Shown in pieces: positions 37,552 to 47,039 of a stretch of 64,000 bases of DNA. Below the pieces are notes generated by a model. The model made no database searches. It saw nothing but the letters and a program-made list of their open reading frames with translations, and had not been told where the DNA came from. Origin of the DNA: Deferribacterales bacterium (GTDB lineage: Bacteria; Chrysiogenota; Deferribacteres; Deferribacterales; Geovibrionaceae); assembly GCA_050253075.1 (NCBI GenBank), contig JBFWJS010000006.1, positions 128,001-192,000 on the forward strand, given 5' to 3'. Position 1 is the stretch's first letter. Each line of letters begins with the position of its first letter. Both the position numbers and the translations under genes were made by a program.

Positions 37552-37926
37552 ATGTATTTTTACGTTAGTTTAGCATTAACATGGCTTTTATTCCTTGCCC
37601 TCTTCCCCGTTTCATTCTTTTGGGGTAAAAGAGCATATAAGATATTCATAAAGAGAGACTATTCCGAAGTTGCCTTAAAACGTGGGGTGGCTCCTGCCAA
37701 ACCTGCTAAATTTGCACCCTATGTCGGACTTCTTAACCTGATAGGTGCACTGATCGCAGCATATACGATATTTGGAGTACTGGTTTTCCACTTCCCATAC
37801 GATAAGTGGTCTGCCATGGCAGGCTCGACGATATGGGGCAAGATACTGCTGGACTGGATGATCAGACAACATGCTCACCCAATAAAGCTCGGCAGAAAAA
37901 AAAGAGACGTAACCACAACAGCTTAA
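37552..37926 (+). CDS. Hypothetical membrane protein
   Basis: AAGGAG SD; about three hydrophobic segments. Confidence 0.75.
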   Translation: MYFYVSLALTWLLFLALFPVSFFWGKRAYKIFIKRDYSEVALKRGVAPAKPAKFAPYVGLLNLIGALIAAYTIFGVLVFHFPYDKWSAMAGSTIWGKILLDWMIRQHAHPIKLGRKKRDVTTTA

Positions 37927-37964
37927 ACTATTAATAAAATCAATTAACTTACAAAGTTTTTATA

Positions 37965-37993
37965 GAAAAAGTCTCCTGCGGGAGACTTTTTTG
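37965..37993. terminator. Intrinsic terminator
   Basis: AAAAAGTCTCC-tgcg-GGAGACTTTTT. Confidence 0.8.
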
Positions 37994-38028
37994 TTATAAT
38001 TAATTAAATATTACCTTTGGATTATTTT

Positions 38029-39948
38029 ATGGCAAACATAGAAAGAATATTTGATTACGAACCATTCAATCAGATACCGAAAGATGCTGTAACAAGGCTG
38101 GAAAGCGCCGCAGGGCACATAGTATATCCTGCTGAAACAGTCATCTTCAAGCAGTCCGACATGCCCACAGGCTTCCTCTATTACATCCAGAACGGAGAGG
38201 TGGAGATAATAGCCGAGACAAACGAAGGGGTGGAGATGATAGTGGACTACCGTCAGTCCGGAGGGTTCTTCGGATGGACACCTATCTTCACTCAGGAAGG
38301 ATATACCGCAGGCGCCAGAACAGCCACAGAGACCTCATGCCTGCTGATACCTCAGCGTCTCCTGCAGGATATATCCAAAGAATACCCCATAATATCCAAA
38401 TACTTTAACAAGGCGATATTCTCTCAGATACGTAAACTCTATAAGAACATGGTCAGCAAGCACTCCACAGACCCGCTGGCACAGATGGAGGCCTACCCTT
38501 TCCAAAAGCGTCTTTACGAGATAATGTCTAAGCCCGTCCTGACATGCTCCCCTGACACCACCATAAGGGAAGTAGCGTTCAAAATGACCGAAACGGACGT
38601 TTCCGCACTCGTCGTATGCGACGAGAATGGAAAGATGCAGGGGATTATCACCGAAAAAGACCTCGTCAGGAAAGTTCTGGCGAAGGATATAGACGTGTGC
38701 CAGAAGCATAGCACGGCAGCCCATGTGATGACGACAGAGCCCCACAGTATGCCTTCGGATACATACATGTATCAGGCGGCGACATTCATGCTCAGGCATA
38801 ACATACGCCATCTGCCCGTTGTGGACGGCGACTCCATTGAGGGGATCGTCACACAGAAAGACCTGATGAAGTTCCGCAGCCAGAAGTCTATGCTGCTGGT
38901 AGGGAGCGCACACGAGGCGAAAAGTATAGCAGAGCTCAAAGAGATCCGCAGTGAAATAGTCACCGTGGCAAAGGTGCTCCTGATAGAGAACAGATCCCAC
39001 GTGGAGACCATGGAGATACTCTCGTATATCCACCACAGCATCATAGCCAGATGTTATGAGCTGATAGATACAAACATGCAGAAAAAGGGTTTTAAAAAGC
39101 CTGATGTCAAATTCTGCTTTATGATAATGGGCAGCGGAGGACGTAAAGAGATGCTCCTCGGCCCGGATCAGGACAACGGATTCCTATTCGAAAACTTTGA
39201 CGAATCAATGCGGGCAGATGTCGAAGGCTACTTTTACCCGCTGGCGGATGAGCTGGTCGATGCGCTGGCAGATATAGGCTATCCGCTATGCCACGGAAAG
39301 GTAATGGTGAATAACCCGCTGTGGAGAGGCACTCTGAATGAATGGGATGCCCGAGTGTGTAAATGGATAGAAGTGCCCGAACCCCAAAAGGTAAGGTATT
39401 CATCCATCTTCTTCGACTTCATGCCTATCGTCGGCGATCCTTCACTGTGCGACGGTCTGCGTGATATAGTTAATAAGTATATAAAGTCAAACCCGCTCTT
39501 CCTATATCAGATGATGGAGCTGGATTTCAAACATAAGGTTCCGATAGGTCTGCTGGGCAGGTTTGTCACCCACAGCGGTAAAGAGCACAAAGGCGAACTC
39601 TCGCTGAAAGAGAACGGAAGCATATTCATAGTGGACTGTGTGCGTATGTTCATGCTGGAGCAGAGCATACACGCCATCACCACCATAGACCGTCTGGACA
39701 AACTAGAGGAGCTTAGCGTCTTTAACAAAGCGACAGTGGAGCATGTGAAAGCGGCGTTCGAATCCTTCACATACCTGCGCCTCCAGAACGAGATAAAACT
39801 CATCGAGGACGGCGAAAAACCGAGCCACTTCCTTAACCCCGACGAACTGACGGACGAGGAAGCTCAGCTTTTGAAAGAAGCATTCAAGGTAGCGAGCAAA
39901 CTGCAGGATTCCACAAGGAAACATTTCTCAAAAATAATAGGGAGATAA
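38029..39948 (+). CDS. cNMP-binding + CBS pair + DUF294 nucleotidyltransferase-like protein
   Basis: cNMP-binding N-terminus, GIITEKD/RHLPVV CBS pair, MGSGGRKE..PDQDNG. Confidence 0.9.
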   Translation: MANIERIFDYEPFNQIPKDAVTRLESAAGHIVYPAETVIFKQSDMPTGFLYYIQNGEVEIIAETNEGVEMIVDYRQSGGFFGWTPIFTQEGYTAGARTATETSCLLIPQRLLQDISKEYPIISKYFNKAIFSQIRKLYKNMVSKHSTDPLAQMEAYPFQKRLYEIMSKPVLTCSPDTTIREVAFKMTETDVSALVVCDENGKMQGIITEKDLVRKVLAKDIDVCQKHSTAAHVMTTEPHSMPSDTYMYQAATFMLRHNIRHLPVVDGDSIEGIVTQKDLMKFRSQKSMLLVGSAHEAKSIAELKEIRSEIVTVAKVLLIENRSHVETMEILSYIHHSIIARCYELIDTNMQKKGFKKPDVKFCFMIMGSGGRKEMLLGPDQDNGFLFENFDESMRADVEGYFYPLADELVDALADIGYPLCHGKVMVNNPLWRGTLNEWDARVCKWIEVPEPQKVRYSSIFFDFMPIVGDPSLCDGLRDIVNKYIKSNPLFLYQMMELDFKHKVPIGLLGRFVTHSGKEHKGELSLKENGSIFIVDCVRMFMLEQSIHAITTIDRLDKLEELSVFNKATVEHVKAAFESFTYLRLQNEIKLIEDGEKPSHFLNPDELTDEEAQLLKEAFKVASKLQDSTRKHFSKIIGR

Positions 39949-40070
39949 TTATAAACATTAGCTCATAACATAAAGCATACCGATTGATTTATGAGCGTAA
40001 ATTATTTATTATATATAGCGAGTTAAAGCAATGTTACATAAGATAATCACGAGTTAACACGAGGTCAGAT

Positions 40071-41960
40071 ATGGATCATTTTATAGCCGGAAAACTACAA
40101 TCGAATTTCCATGAATTTGAAAGACATTTCATGCCGAAAGAAGATATAGAGAAAATCGCAGAATTTGGCGAAGACTACGAACAGATATATAAATATCTAG
40201 CCGAAAAATATCTTTTATGGGAAAAGCCGTTCAGCAGTGTCGTAAAAGGCGATGCAAAGAGCGGATACAGATTTTTCAGCGGCGGAGAGATATGCCCGCT
40301 GAAGAACATCCTTAGAAAGCATCTGGAAACGCCGAAAAAGAATAAGGCAGCCATCATATGGACAGGCGCAGACCGCACACAGAGAGTATTTACATACCAG
40401 TCCCTATTCTCTGACGTGATAAAGACAACATCAGCGATGAAAAAGCTCGGACTGAAACGAGGTGATAGGGTTCTCCTCCATATGCCGAACATACCCGAGC
40501 TGGTGATTTTCATGCTAGCCTGTACAAAGCTGGGCGCAGTGCACGTGCTTTACCACGCCAGCTACTCTTCCGAATCCCTAGCAGACCGTATGAACGACTG
40601 CGAACCGACCATGGTGGTGACAACGGACGAGTCCATCACAGGCGGATACACACAGATGAAGGACAAGCTGGACAACGCACTGCAAAAGGTGCATAAAGAG
40701 CCGAAATACTGCATAGTCGTCGAACGCACGAGAAAGCGTGTACACATGAAGCCTCTGAGAGACATCTGGTATCACGACCTTATCTCCGACGAAAAGCACT
40801 CCACGGCGACAACACTTCAGGACGAGCCTAACAAAGCCGAAGACACCATGTTCATGCTTTATACATCTACGAATATGAAAGAGCCTAAGGCGCTGACATA
40901 TTCCTACGGGGGATACCTCCTGTGGGCTTATGTCTCGTATCTTATGCTTTTCGATATGAAGGAGACGGACACCTTCTGGTGTACTGCAGACATATCATGG
41001 ATAACCGGTCATTCATACCTCGTATACGGTCCGCTGATGGCCGGACAGACAGTTATTTTACACGAAGATTCGATAGACACGGATAATGCTTCCAAATTCT
41101 ATGATACTTGTGATAAATTCAGCGTGAACAAATTATATACCACACCGTCCATGCTCCGCTCTCTCATGAATGCGGCGCAGAAAAAGAAGATATTCCGAGA
41201 CATCAAAACCCTCGAACTCATCGCCACAGGCGGCGAAAAGATGAAAGAGGAAGTCCTGCTGTGGGCATCGTCTAAGCTGTGTAAGAACAATGCAGCCTTC
41301 ATAGACATCTACTCACAGACAGAGGCAGGCGGTGCTATATATGCAGCCATCCCGGGATACGGCGATCTGGAGTACGGGACAGTCTCCAAAGCCATGCCCG
41401 CCGTCCCTGCGGCCCTACTGGACAAAACGCTGAAAAGCTATGTCAGTGACGCAGAGAAACAGGGTGAGATAGTTTTCAAAGCCCCCTTCCCTTCGCTCAG
41501 TACAGGGATACACAAACAGCCCGGTATGTTTGAAAAACTCTACTGGAAAGATGCCGGAGGCTCACACTACTTCAGCACCGGTGACGGCGGAAAGTATAAC
41601 GACAAGGGGCACATGGTGCTCACAGGGCGTCTCGACGACGTACTCCACATCGGAGGAAAGCGTCTTAGCCTTGTAGAGATAGAAGAAGCTATCAAAAAGT
41701 ATGAAAAAGTGAAAGAATGCGCCGTAATAAACATAAACGATGAGAAACGAGGAGAAAAGTTAATCGCGTTTTGTGTGCTTGAAAAACAGGTCGATGAGAG
41801 CTATCATGACCAAATGGTGCGTGAAATACGCGAGACTATCCTGGACGAGATCGGAGAAGTGGCACTGCCCGGGGAAATACGCTTTTCCAGAACTATACCG
41901 AAATCGCCGGATGGAGCAATACTGCGTGATCTGCTGAAAGAGATCGCAATGCAGATGTAA
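40071..41960 (+). CDS. Acetyl-CoA synthetase-like protein with degenerate active site
   Basis: Acs-type WCTADISWITGHSY, QTEAGG, TGDG, GRLDD present; A3 loop reads YTSTNMKEPKA and A10 reads PKSPDGA. Confidence 0.85.
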   Translation: MDHFIAGKLQSNFHEFERHFMPKEDIEKIAEFGEDYEQIYKYLAEKYLLWEKPFSSVVKGDAKSGYRFFSGGEICPLKNILRKHLETPKKNKAAIIWTGADRTQRVFTYQSLFSDVIKTTSAMKKLGLKRGDRVLLHMPNIPELVIFMLACTKLGAVHVLYHASYSSESLADRMNDCEPTMVVTTDESITGGYTQMKDKLDNALQKVHKEPKYCIVVERTRKRVHMKPLRDIWYHDLISDEKHSTATTLQDEPNKAEDTMFMLYTSTNMKEPKALTYSYGGYLLWAYVSYLMLFDMKETDTFWCTADISWITGHSYLVYGPLMAGQTVILHEDSIDTDNASKFYDTCDKFSVNKLYTTPSMLRSLMNAAQKKKIFRDIKTLELIATGGEKMKEEVLLWASSKLCKNNAAFIDIYSQTEAGGAIYAAIPGYGDLEYGTVSKAMPAVPAALLDKTLKSYVSDAEKQGEIVFKAPFPSLSTGIHKQPGMFEKLYWKDAGGSHYFSTGDGGKYNDKGHMVLTGRLDDVLHIGGKRLSLVEIEEAIKKYEKVKECAVININDEKRGEKLIAFCVLEKQVDESYHDQMVREIRETILDEIGEVALPGEIRFSRTIPKSPDGAILRDLLKEIAMQM

Positions 41961-41971
41961 AAGGAGATTCA

Positions 41972-42385
41972 ATGAAAGTATCTGAGATCATGACAACGAA
42001 TTTGATTACTGCCGGACCTGATGAAACCATCAAGGACGTCATTCTTAAAATGAGACGTAAGAACGTTTCAGGACTTCCCGTTGTCGACAAAAACAACAAA
42101 GTGCTCGGCACATTCAGCGAGACTGACGTTGCCAAGGCACTCCCTGACATCCTTAACGAGGCGCAATACATACCCCTCGTGGATGTACGTGAGCTCACCA
42201 GTGAGCCTATCAAACGAGTTATGGACATCCCTGCCATCTCTATCAAAGCAGACACCGAGGTTGAAGAAGCTGCTAGGATAGTGCTCGAGCAGTACAGACA
42301 CAGACTCCCTGTGGTGGATGAGGTCGGTCACCTCATCGGTATGGTAACACTAGGAGACATCCTTAAGGCTCTTCTGGGTCAGTAA
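41972..42385 (+). CDS. CBS-pair protein
   Basis: VSEIMT, GLPVVD, RLPVVD..GMVT..D. Confidence 0.92.
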   Translation: MKVSEIMTTNLITAGPDETIKDVILKMRRKNVSGLPVVDKNNKVLGTFSETDVAKALPDILNEAQYIPLVDVRELTSEPIKRVMDIPAISIKADTEVEEAARIVLEQYRHRLPVVDEVGHLIGMVTLGDILKALLGQ

Positions 42386-42420
42386 TCAGTCGAATTCAAA
42401 TCAGGTATTAGCTAAATAGA

Positions 42421-42448
42421 TAAAGGGAGCTTCGGGGCTCCCTTTTTT
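42421..42448. terminator. Bidirectional terminator
   Basis: AAAGGGAGC-ttcggg-GCTCCCTTTTTT. Confidence 0.85.
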
Positions 42449-42449
42449 A

Positions 42450-43211
42450 TTATATAAACTCTCTGATCTCGCCCTTTTCCACTATGAACAGCCTGTCCGA
42501 CAGCCCGAATGCGGCGAATGCCTGCGTTATGTCGTCTATCCCCTGAGTAAAGTGCTCCCAGCCTTCGAAATGCACAGGCATTATCTGCGCCCCTGCGAAT
42601 GTCTGGGCAGACTCTAAGAGGTCGCTCACTGTCATGGTCAGTTCGAACGGTCCCCTTGTCCTCGCTGCACCCGCAAAGGCAAGCATGAGGTCGATTTCAA
42701 ACCTGTCCGCCACATCGGATACACCCTTATAATAAACCGTATCCCCGGTGATATAGACAGTCGGCTCGCCATCTGACTGAAGCACGAATCCTATAACATC
42801 CCCTGCGATCTTTTCTATCAGCGGAGGTCCATGCCTGCAAGGGGTCGCTGTTATCTTTATCTTCTTCCCCGTTTCAGAGATCATATCAAACGACTGCCAC
42901 GGCTCCAGCCCCTCGGCATTACCGCCCAGCCTGCCCGCACCGGAGACTGTTGTGTACACCTTAGCCGCCGACGGCAGCAATTCCCTGCCTGCGTTATCGA
43001 GGTTGTCCGAGTGCTGATCGTGACTGAGTAAGACAGCGTCTATCTGCCCTATCGCCTCGGCTTTCAGAGCGGGCGGAGTGTTCTTTGTCAGCTTTACGGA
43101 GCCGAGGTTATATTCATTCTCGGCATCGTCAAATGTCGGGTCTGTGAGAAACTTTGCTCCTGCGTATTCTATTAACGTTGTGGGGCCTCCCACCAATGTC
43201 AGTTTTGTCAT
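42450..43211 (-). CDS. MBL-fold metallo-hydrolase
   Basis: LTDP, SHDQHSDN, GDT, PVHFEGWEH. Confidence 0.88.
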   Translation of the reverse strand: MTKLTLVGGPTTLIEYAGAKFLTDPTFDDAENEYNLGSVKLTKNTPPALKAEAIGQIDAVLLSHDQHSDNLDNAGRELLPSAAKVYTTVSGAGRLGGNAEGLEPWQSFDMISETGKKIKITATPCRHGPPLIEKIAGDVIGFVLQSDGEPTVYITGDTVYYKGVSDVADRFEIDLMLAFAGAARTRGPFELTMTVSDLLESAQTFAGAQIMPVHFEGWEHFTQGIDDITQAFAAFGLSDRLFIVEKGEIREFI

Positions 43212-43287
43212 ATCTGCCTCCTGAGCTAAAGATTAGCATTGACGGCGCAAACCACAAGAGGCATATTTGACAATAAAAGAGGTGTTT

Positions 43288-44226
43288 ATGCCAATCAATA
43301 TTAATATATTCCTTCATGAGAGAGTGTCGCTGGAGCTTGCTCTTTTGTTTGACTATATATTCCGTTTTCCAGACAAATTTACTGATGAACCACTCTTTAA
43401 GCCTGTCTTTGTTCAGGCGGGTAAAGGGCGCAGGTTCGGCAAGGGTGCAGTAAGCGTTGAAACTTCGAAATTTAAGGCTGGGGGATACCTCATAATACCG
43501 CCGATGGAAGCACCAAAAGGCACATTCATAGAAAACACTGCCGAATCGGCCATGATAAAACACGCCATGGATAAAAACACAACGGTGGCGACAGCCTGTC
43601 TTGGTGCATTTCTCCCCGCTGCTGCAGGGATGCTGGACGGCTTCGAGGCGACGACCCACTGGCACTGGCTGGACTATGCAAAGGAGAATTTCCCAAATGT
43701 TAGCTGGAACACGAACTCGATGCTCTGTCACAAGGACGGGATGATAACATCAGGCGGGCTCTTGTCTCTGATAGACCTCGCCCTATACATCATCAGCCTC
43801 CACAGCTCTAAGGAGTTCACCGCCATGACGGGGCGTTTCCTCCTCGCCGATACGGTAAGGCAGAAGCAGTCCGTCTATGCACAGTCCCTCGTCGGCTCAC
43901 CTGCCGGGGACAGCCGTTTCGCATTGCTGACTGAGCAGATAAACACACATCCCGAGAAACATTTAGAAGTATCAGAGATGGCTGACATGTGCGGAATGAG
44001 CCTGCGTAATTTCCACAGGGCATTTGTGAAAAACTTTGGTACTACGCCAAATAAATACATTCAGCTGAAACGTCTGGAACGTGCAAAGGAACTGCTGGCA
44101 GAGACAGATATGAGCATAGAAGAGACAGCGGGCAGGGTCGGCTTTACCGATACGTCTTTCTTCCGCTCTGTTTTCAGCAGAGAGACAGGGATGACCCCGA
44201 CGCAGTTCCGCAAACGTATAACATAA
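43288..44226 (+). CDS. GlxA-type AraC regulator (DJ-1/PfpI domain plus HTH)
   Basis: ACLGAF, ATTHW, TSGG, C-terminal AraC HTH; divergent from the MBL gene. Confidence 0.9.
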   Translation: MPININIFLHERVSLELALLFDYIFRFPDKFTDEPLFKPVFVQAGKGRRFGKGAVSVETSKFKAGGYLIIPPMEAPKGTFIENTAESAMIKHAMDKNTTVATACLGAFLPAAAGMLDGFEATTHWHWLDYAKENFPNVSWNTNSMLCHKDGMITSGGLLSLIDLALYIISLHSSKEFTAMTGRFLLADTVRQKQSVYAQSLVGSPAGDSRFALLTEQINTHPEKHLEVSEMADMCGMSLRNFHRAFVKNFGTTPNKYIQLKRLERAKELLAETDMSIEETAGRVGFTDTSFFRSVFSRETGMTPTQFRKRIT

Positions 44227-44262
44227 AAAATCCCCGACCATTTTCATGACCGGGGATCTTAA
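44225..44262. terminator. Bidirectional terminator
   Basis: ATCCCCG..CGGGGAT hairpin between convergent genes. Confidence 0.65.
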
Positions 44263-44290
44263 TTTAAGTTAAATTCTTTTAAGTCAGTTC

Positions 44291-44518
44291 TTAGATGGAG
44301 AGAACTTCTTTAACTTCAGGAATCATATCCTTAAGTCTAGCCTCTACACCGTGCTTAAGTGTCATAGTGCTGAATGGGCAAGAACCACAAGCGCCTGTAA
44401 GCTGTACTTTAACGATGCCGTCTTCGGAAACGTCAAGAAGCTCGATATCGCCTCCGTCCGCCTGAAGTGTTGGTCTAACTTGATCAAGAACTTCTTCTAC
44501 TCTTTCTCTAAGGCTCAT
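44291..44518 (-). CDS. Nfu-type (NifU C-terminal) Fe-S carrier
   Basis: [18 protein letters not shown]. Confidence 0.93.
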   Translation of the reverse strand: MSLRERVEEVLDQVRPTLQADGGDIELLDVSEDGIVKVQLTGACGSCPFSTMTLKHGVEARLKDMIPEVKEVLSI

Positions 44519-44539
44519 TGTATCCTCCGATATTTATTA

Positions 44540-44974
44540 TTAGTTTTCTCTTACTATTTTAGCTTTCATCTCTTCTACGATAGCAGGGTCTTCACCTTTG
44601 CTTTTGTAGAAGTCTTTGAGAGCTTCTTCAATGGCTTCTTCCGCCATAACGGAACAGTGTATCTTCGCAGGTGGAAGACCGCCGAGAGCCTCAACGATAG
44701 CGTTGTTTGTGAGCTGAAGGAGCTCTTCAACACTCTTGCCTATCATAAGCTCAGTAGCCATAGAGCTGGATGCGATAGCAGCGCCGCAGCCGAATGTTTT
44801 AAATTTAACATCTTCTACGATATTGTCATCGTTTATTTTCAGGAATATTTTCATAACGTCGCCGCAAGCAGGGTTTCCGACTTCGCCTACGCCGTTAGCA
44901 TCTTCAATCTCGCCCATGTTTCTAGGGTTCATGAAGTGATCCATTACTTTTTCGCTGTATGGTCCTTTAGCCAT
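44540..44974 (-). CDS. iscU: Fe-S scaffold IscU/NifU
   Basis: YSEKVMDHFMNPRNMG, ACGD, FGCG, KIHCS; real start ATG 44974 after an AGGAGG SD. Confidence 0.95.
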   Translation of the reverse strand: MAKGPYSEKVMDHFMNPRNMGEIEDANGVGEVGNPACGDVMKIFLKINDDNIVEDVKFKTFGCGAAIASSSMATELMIGKSVEELLQLTNNAIVEALGGLPPAKIHCSVMAEEAIEEALKDFYKSKGEDPAIVEEMKAKIVREN

Positions 44975-44993
44975 TATATCCTCCTGATATCCT

Positions 44994-46178
44994 TTATTTA
45001 TCTCTGTTATACATTGGTGACATCTCGCACAGTTTCTGTACTGTCTCTGGCATAACCTCGAGAACCTTATCGATGTCTTCCTCAGTATTGTACTTGGACA
45101 TTGACATGCCGAGTGAGCCCGCACAAATATCTGTCGGAACACCAACCGCAGTAAGTACGGATGATGCCACGAGGTCTTCCTCATCCTCTGCGAGGATGTT
45201 TGAAGAACATGCAGAACCGCTGGCACACGCAATGCCTTTCAGAGAGAGCCACATAAGGAGCGACTCACCCTCTATATATTCTATCCAGAAGCTGACATGG
45301 CCGGGTCTTCTGCGTGTCTCGTGTCCTGTGAAATGCAGGAAATCGAACTGACCGCCGAGGCCTTCCCATAATTTCTTCTGGAGCTTTTCCAGTCTAGGCA
45401 GATACTCAGGCATCTCAGCCTTTGCAATAGCGCACGCTTCGCCCATGCCCACGATGGCAGGCACGTTCTCTGTACCGCTTCTGTATCCGCGCTCCTGAAA
45501 TCCGCCGTCCATAAGACCGATGAGCTTTGTGCCCTCTTTGATGTAAAGAGCGGCCGCACCTTTCGGTCCGTAAAAGTTCTGTGATGCTATGGAGAGCATA
45601 TTACAGTTGAGCTTTTTCACGTCTATCTCGACAAATCCGGCAGCGGCTATTGCATCCACATGGAAGGCAACGCCTTTTGCCTGGCATATCTCGCCGAGTT
45701 TCTCTGTATACTGAATAGTTCCTATCTCCGGGTTTACGTACTGGATGGAGACGAGAACTGTTTCATCCTTAATAGCTTTTTCAAGGTCAGCCGGGTTTAC
45801 GAGCCCGCCGTCGTCGACCTTCAGCTTTGTCACTTCGTATCCGCGGCTTATGAGCTTTGTAACCACAGTATCAACGGAGAAATGCTCTATTTCACTGATG
45901 ATGATATGTTTACCTTTATTAGCGGTGTTTCCGAGGAAACCTTTGATGGCGAGGTTGTTCGCCTCTGTACCGCTGGCAGTGAAGACTATCTCATCAGGTG
46001 CAGCCCCGATAAAGTCAGCCACCTGTGCTCTGGCAGCTTCCATAGCCTCAAAAGCCTCACGACCGATAGGATAGAAATGTGCGCTTGGGTTCCCGTAGTG
46101 TTCTGTAAAATAAGGCATCATCTTTTCGATAACGCGCTGGTCTGGCTTTGTTCCTGCCACATTGTCAAGATAGATCAT
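44994..46178 (-). CDS. iscS: IscS/NifS-family protein lacking the canonical PLP lysine
   Basis: YLDN, GTEANN, EH, YGPKG, RSGTEN and SGSAC present; SxHK reads ASQN. Confidence 0.85.
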   Translation of the reverse strand: MIYLDNVAGTKPDQRVIEKMMPYFTEHYGNPSAHFYPIGREAFEAMEAARAQVADFIGAAPDEIVFTASGTEANNLAIKGFLGNTANKGKHIIISEIEHFSVDTVVTKLISRGYEVTKLKVDDGGLVNPADLEKAIKDETVLVSIQYVNPEIGTIQYTEKLGEICQAKGVAFHVDAIAAAGFVEIDVKKLNCNMLSIASQNFYGPKGAAALYIKEGTKLIGLMDGGFQERGYRSGTENVPAIVGMGEACAIAKAEMPEYLPRLEKLQKKLWEGLGGQFDFLHFTGHETRRRPGHVSFWIEYIEGESLLMWLSLKGIACASGSACSSNILAEDEEDLVASSVLTAVGVPTDICAGSLGMSMSKYNTEEDIDKVLEVMPETVQKLCEMSPMYNRDK

Positions 46179-46984
46179 TAATCCTCTCCGGTTATGTCTT
46201 TTAATGCGTCGGTGATCTGCTTTACTATCGTGTGTATATAGTCACCTGCAAACCCTGCCCTGCAGCCCTGTGAAGGGAGCTGGATAATGTTCTCTGAAGA
46301 CACTGCATCTGCGAGTGTCGCCAGAGGCTTGTCCGGTGAAACAGCAAATGTAAAATTACTATTTACATCTTTTTTAAAATACACGTCAAGGACAAATCCC
46401 GTCGACACAGGAACCATGCGGATGTCAACGTCCACACCTGTGTCCTGCTTTAACTTTTGCCTATATCCTGACAAAATTCCTTGATCTATGTCAGAAAAGA
46501 ACATATTAAACGCTAATCTGTCCTCAAAAACCTTTGTCTCTGTATTTGTAAAAGCAAAAAGTTCTCTTGTCTGAGCGAGCAGATCGTCTATACCGCTTTT
46601 GCCAAAGAGCGCCGCAGGCACTGTCGCAACTGCGTTTACCACTCCGTTCAGCTTTTTCAGTATGTACGATATAGGATCTTCAACAGTGTAAACCTCGTCT
46701 AAGAGCCCTTCGAAAGAGCCTGTGAGGTCTATTATGCTTCCGTCAAACTTCTTTATATGCTCCAGATCAGACTGTGGGTCTGAGAGTACGATGAGTATCT
46801 CTTCCTCAAACTCAGCTACGGGATGCACATCATATTCATCAATGGATGTCATGATGCTTGTCCCCGCAAGAGAGCTTCCGTATAGTCTGAATCCTATAGT
46901 CGGCAGATCGTTCTCTATTCTCTCAAGTACTTCTGTCAGAAGCAGATTATCATTGGCATATATGGCCGCAGTGTATTGACGCAT
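46178..46984 (-). CDS. Degenerate aspartate-semialdehyde dehydrogenase-like (USG-like) protein
   Basis: IIDL, GKSGIDDLLAQT, LAFN and VPV resemble Asd; nucleotide-binding and catalytic motifs not seen. Confidence 0.55.
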   Translation of the reverse strand: MRQYTAAIYANDNLLLTEVLERIENDLPTIGFRLYGSSLAGTSIMTSIDEYDVHPVAEFEEEILIVLSDPQSDLEHIKKFDGSIIDLTGSFEGLLDEVYTVEDPISYILKKLNGVVNAVATVPAALFGKSGIDDLLAQTRELFAFTNTETKVFEDRLAFNMFFSDIDQGILSGYRQKLKQDTGVDVDIRMVPVSTGFVLDVYFKKDVNSNFTFAVSPDKPLATLADAVSSENIIQLPSQGCRAGFAGDYIHTIVKQITDALKDITGED

Positions 46985-47039
46985 AAAAACACCTGTTTAG
47001 TCTTATTATATTAGTGATTGAGCAGAAATTATGCAAGTC

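Noticed and set aside
42450..44226. MBL hydrolase and AraC pair as a mobile or resistance element
   Set aside because: A common divergent regulator-enzyme pair with no mobility genes, flanking repeats or beta-lactamase signal peptide.
44975..45232. N-terminal extension of IscU in the ORF track
   Set aside because: It overlaps iscS in another frame; the true start is ATG 44974 with an AGGAGG SD.
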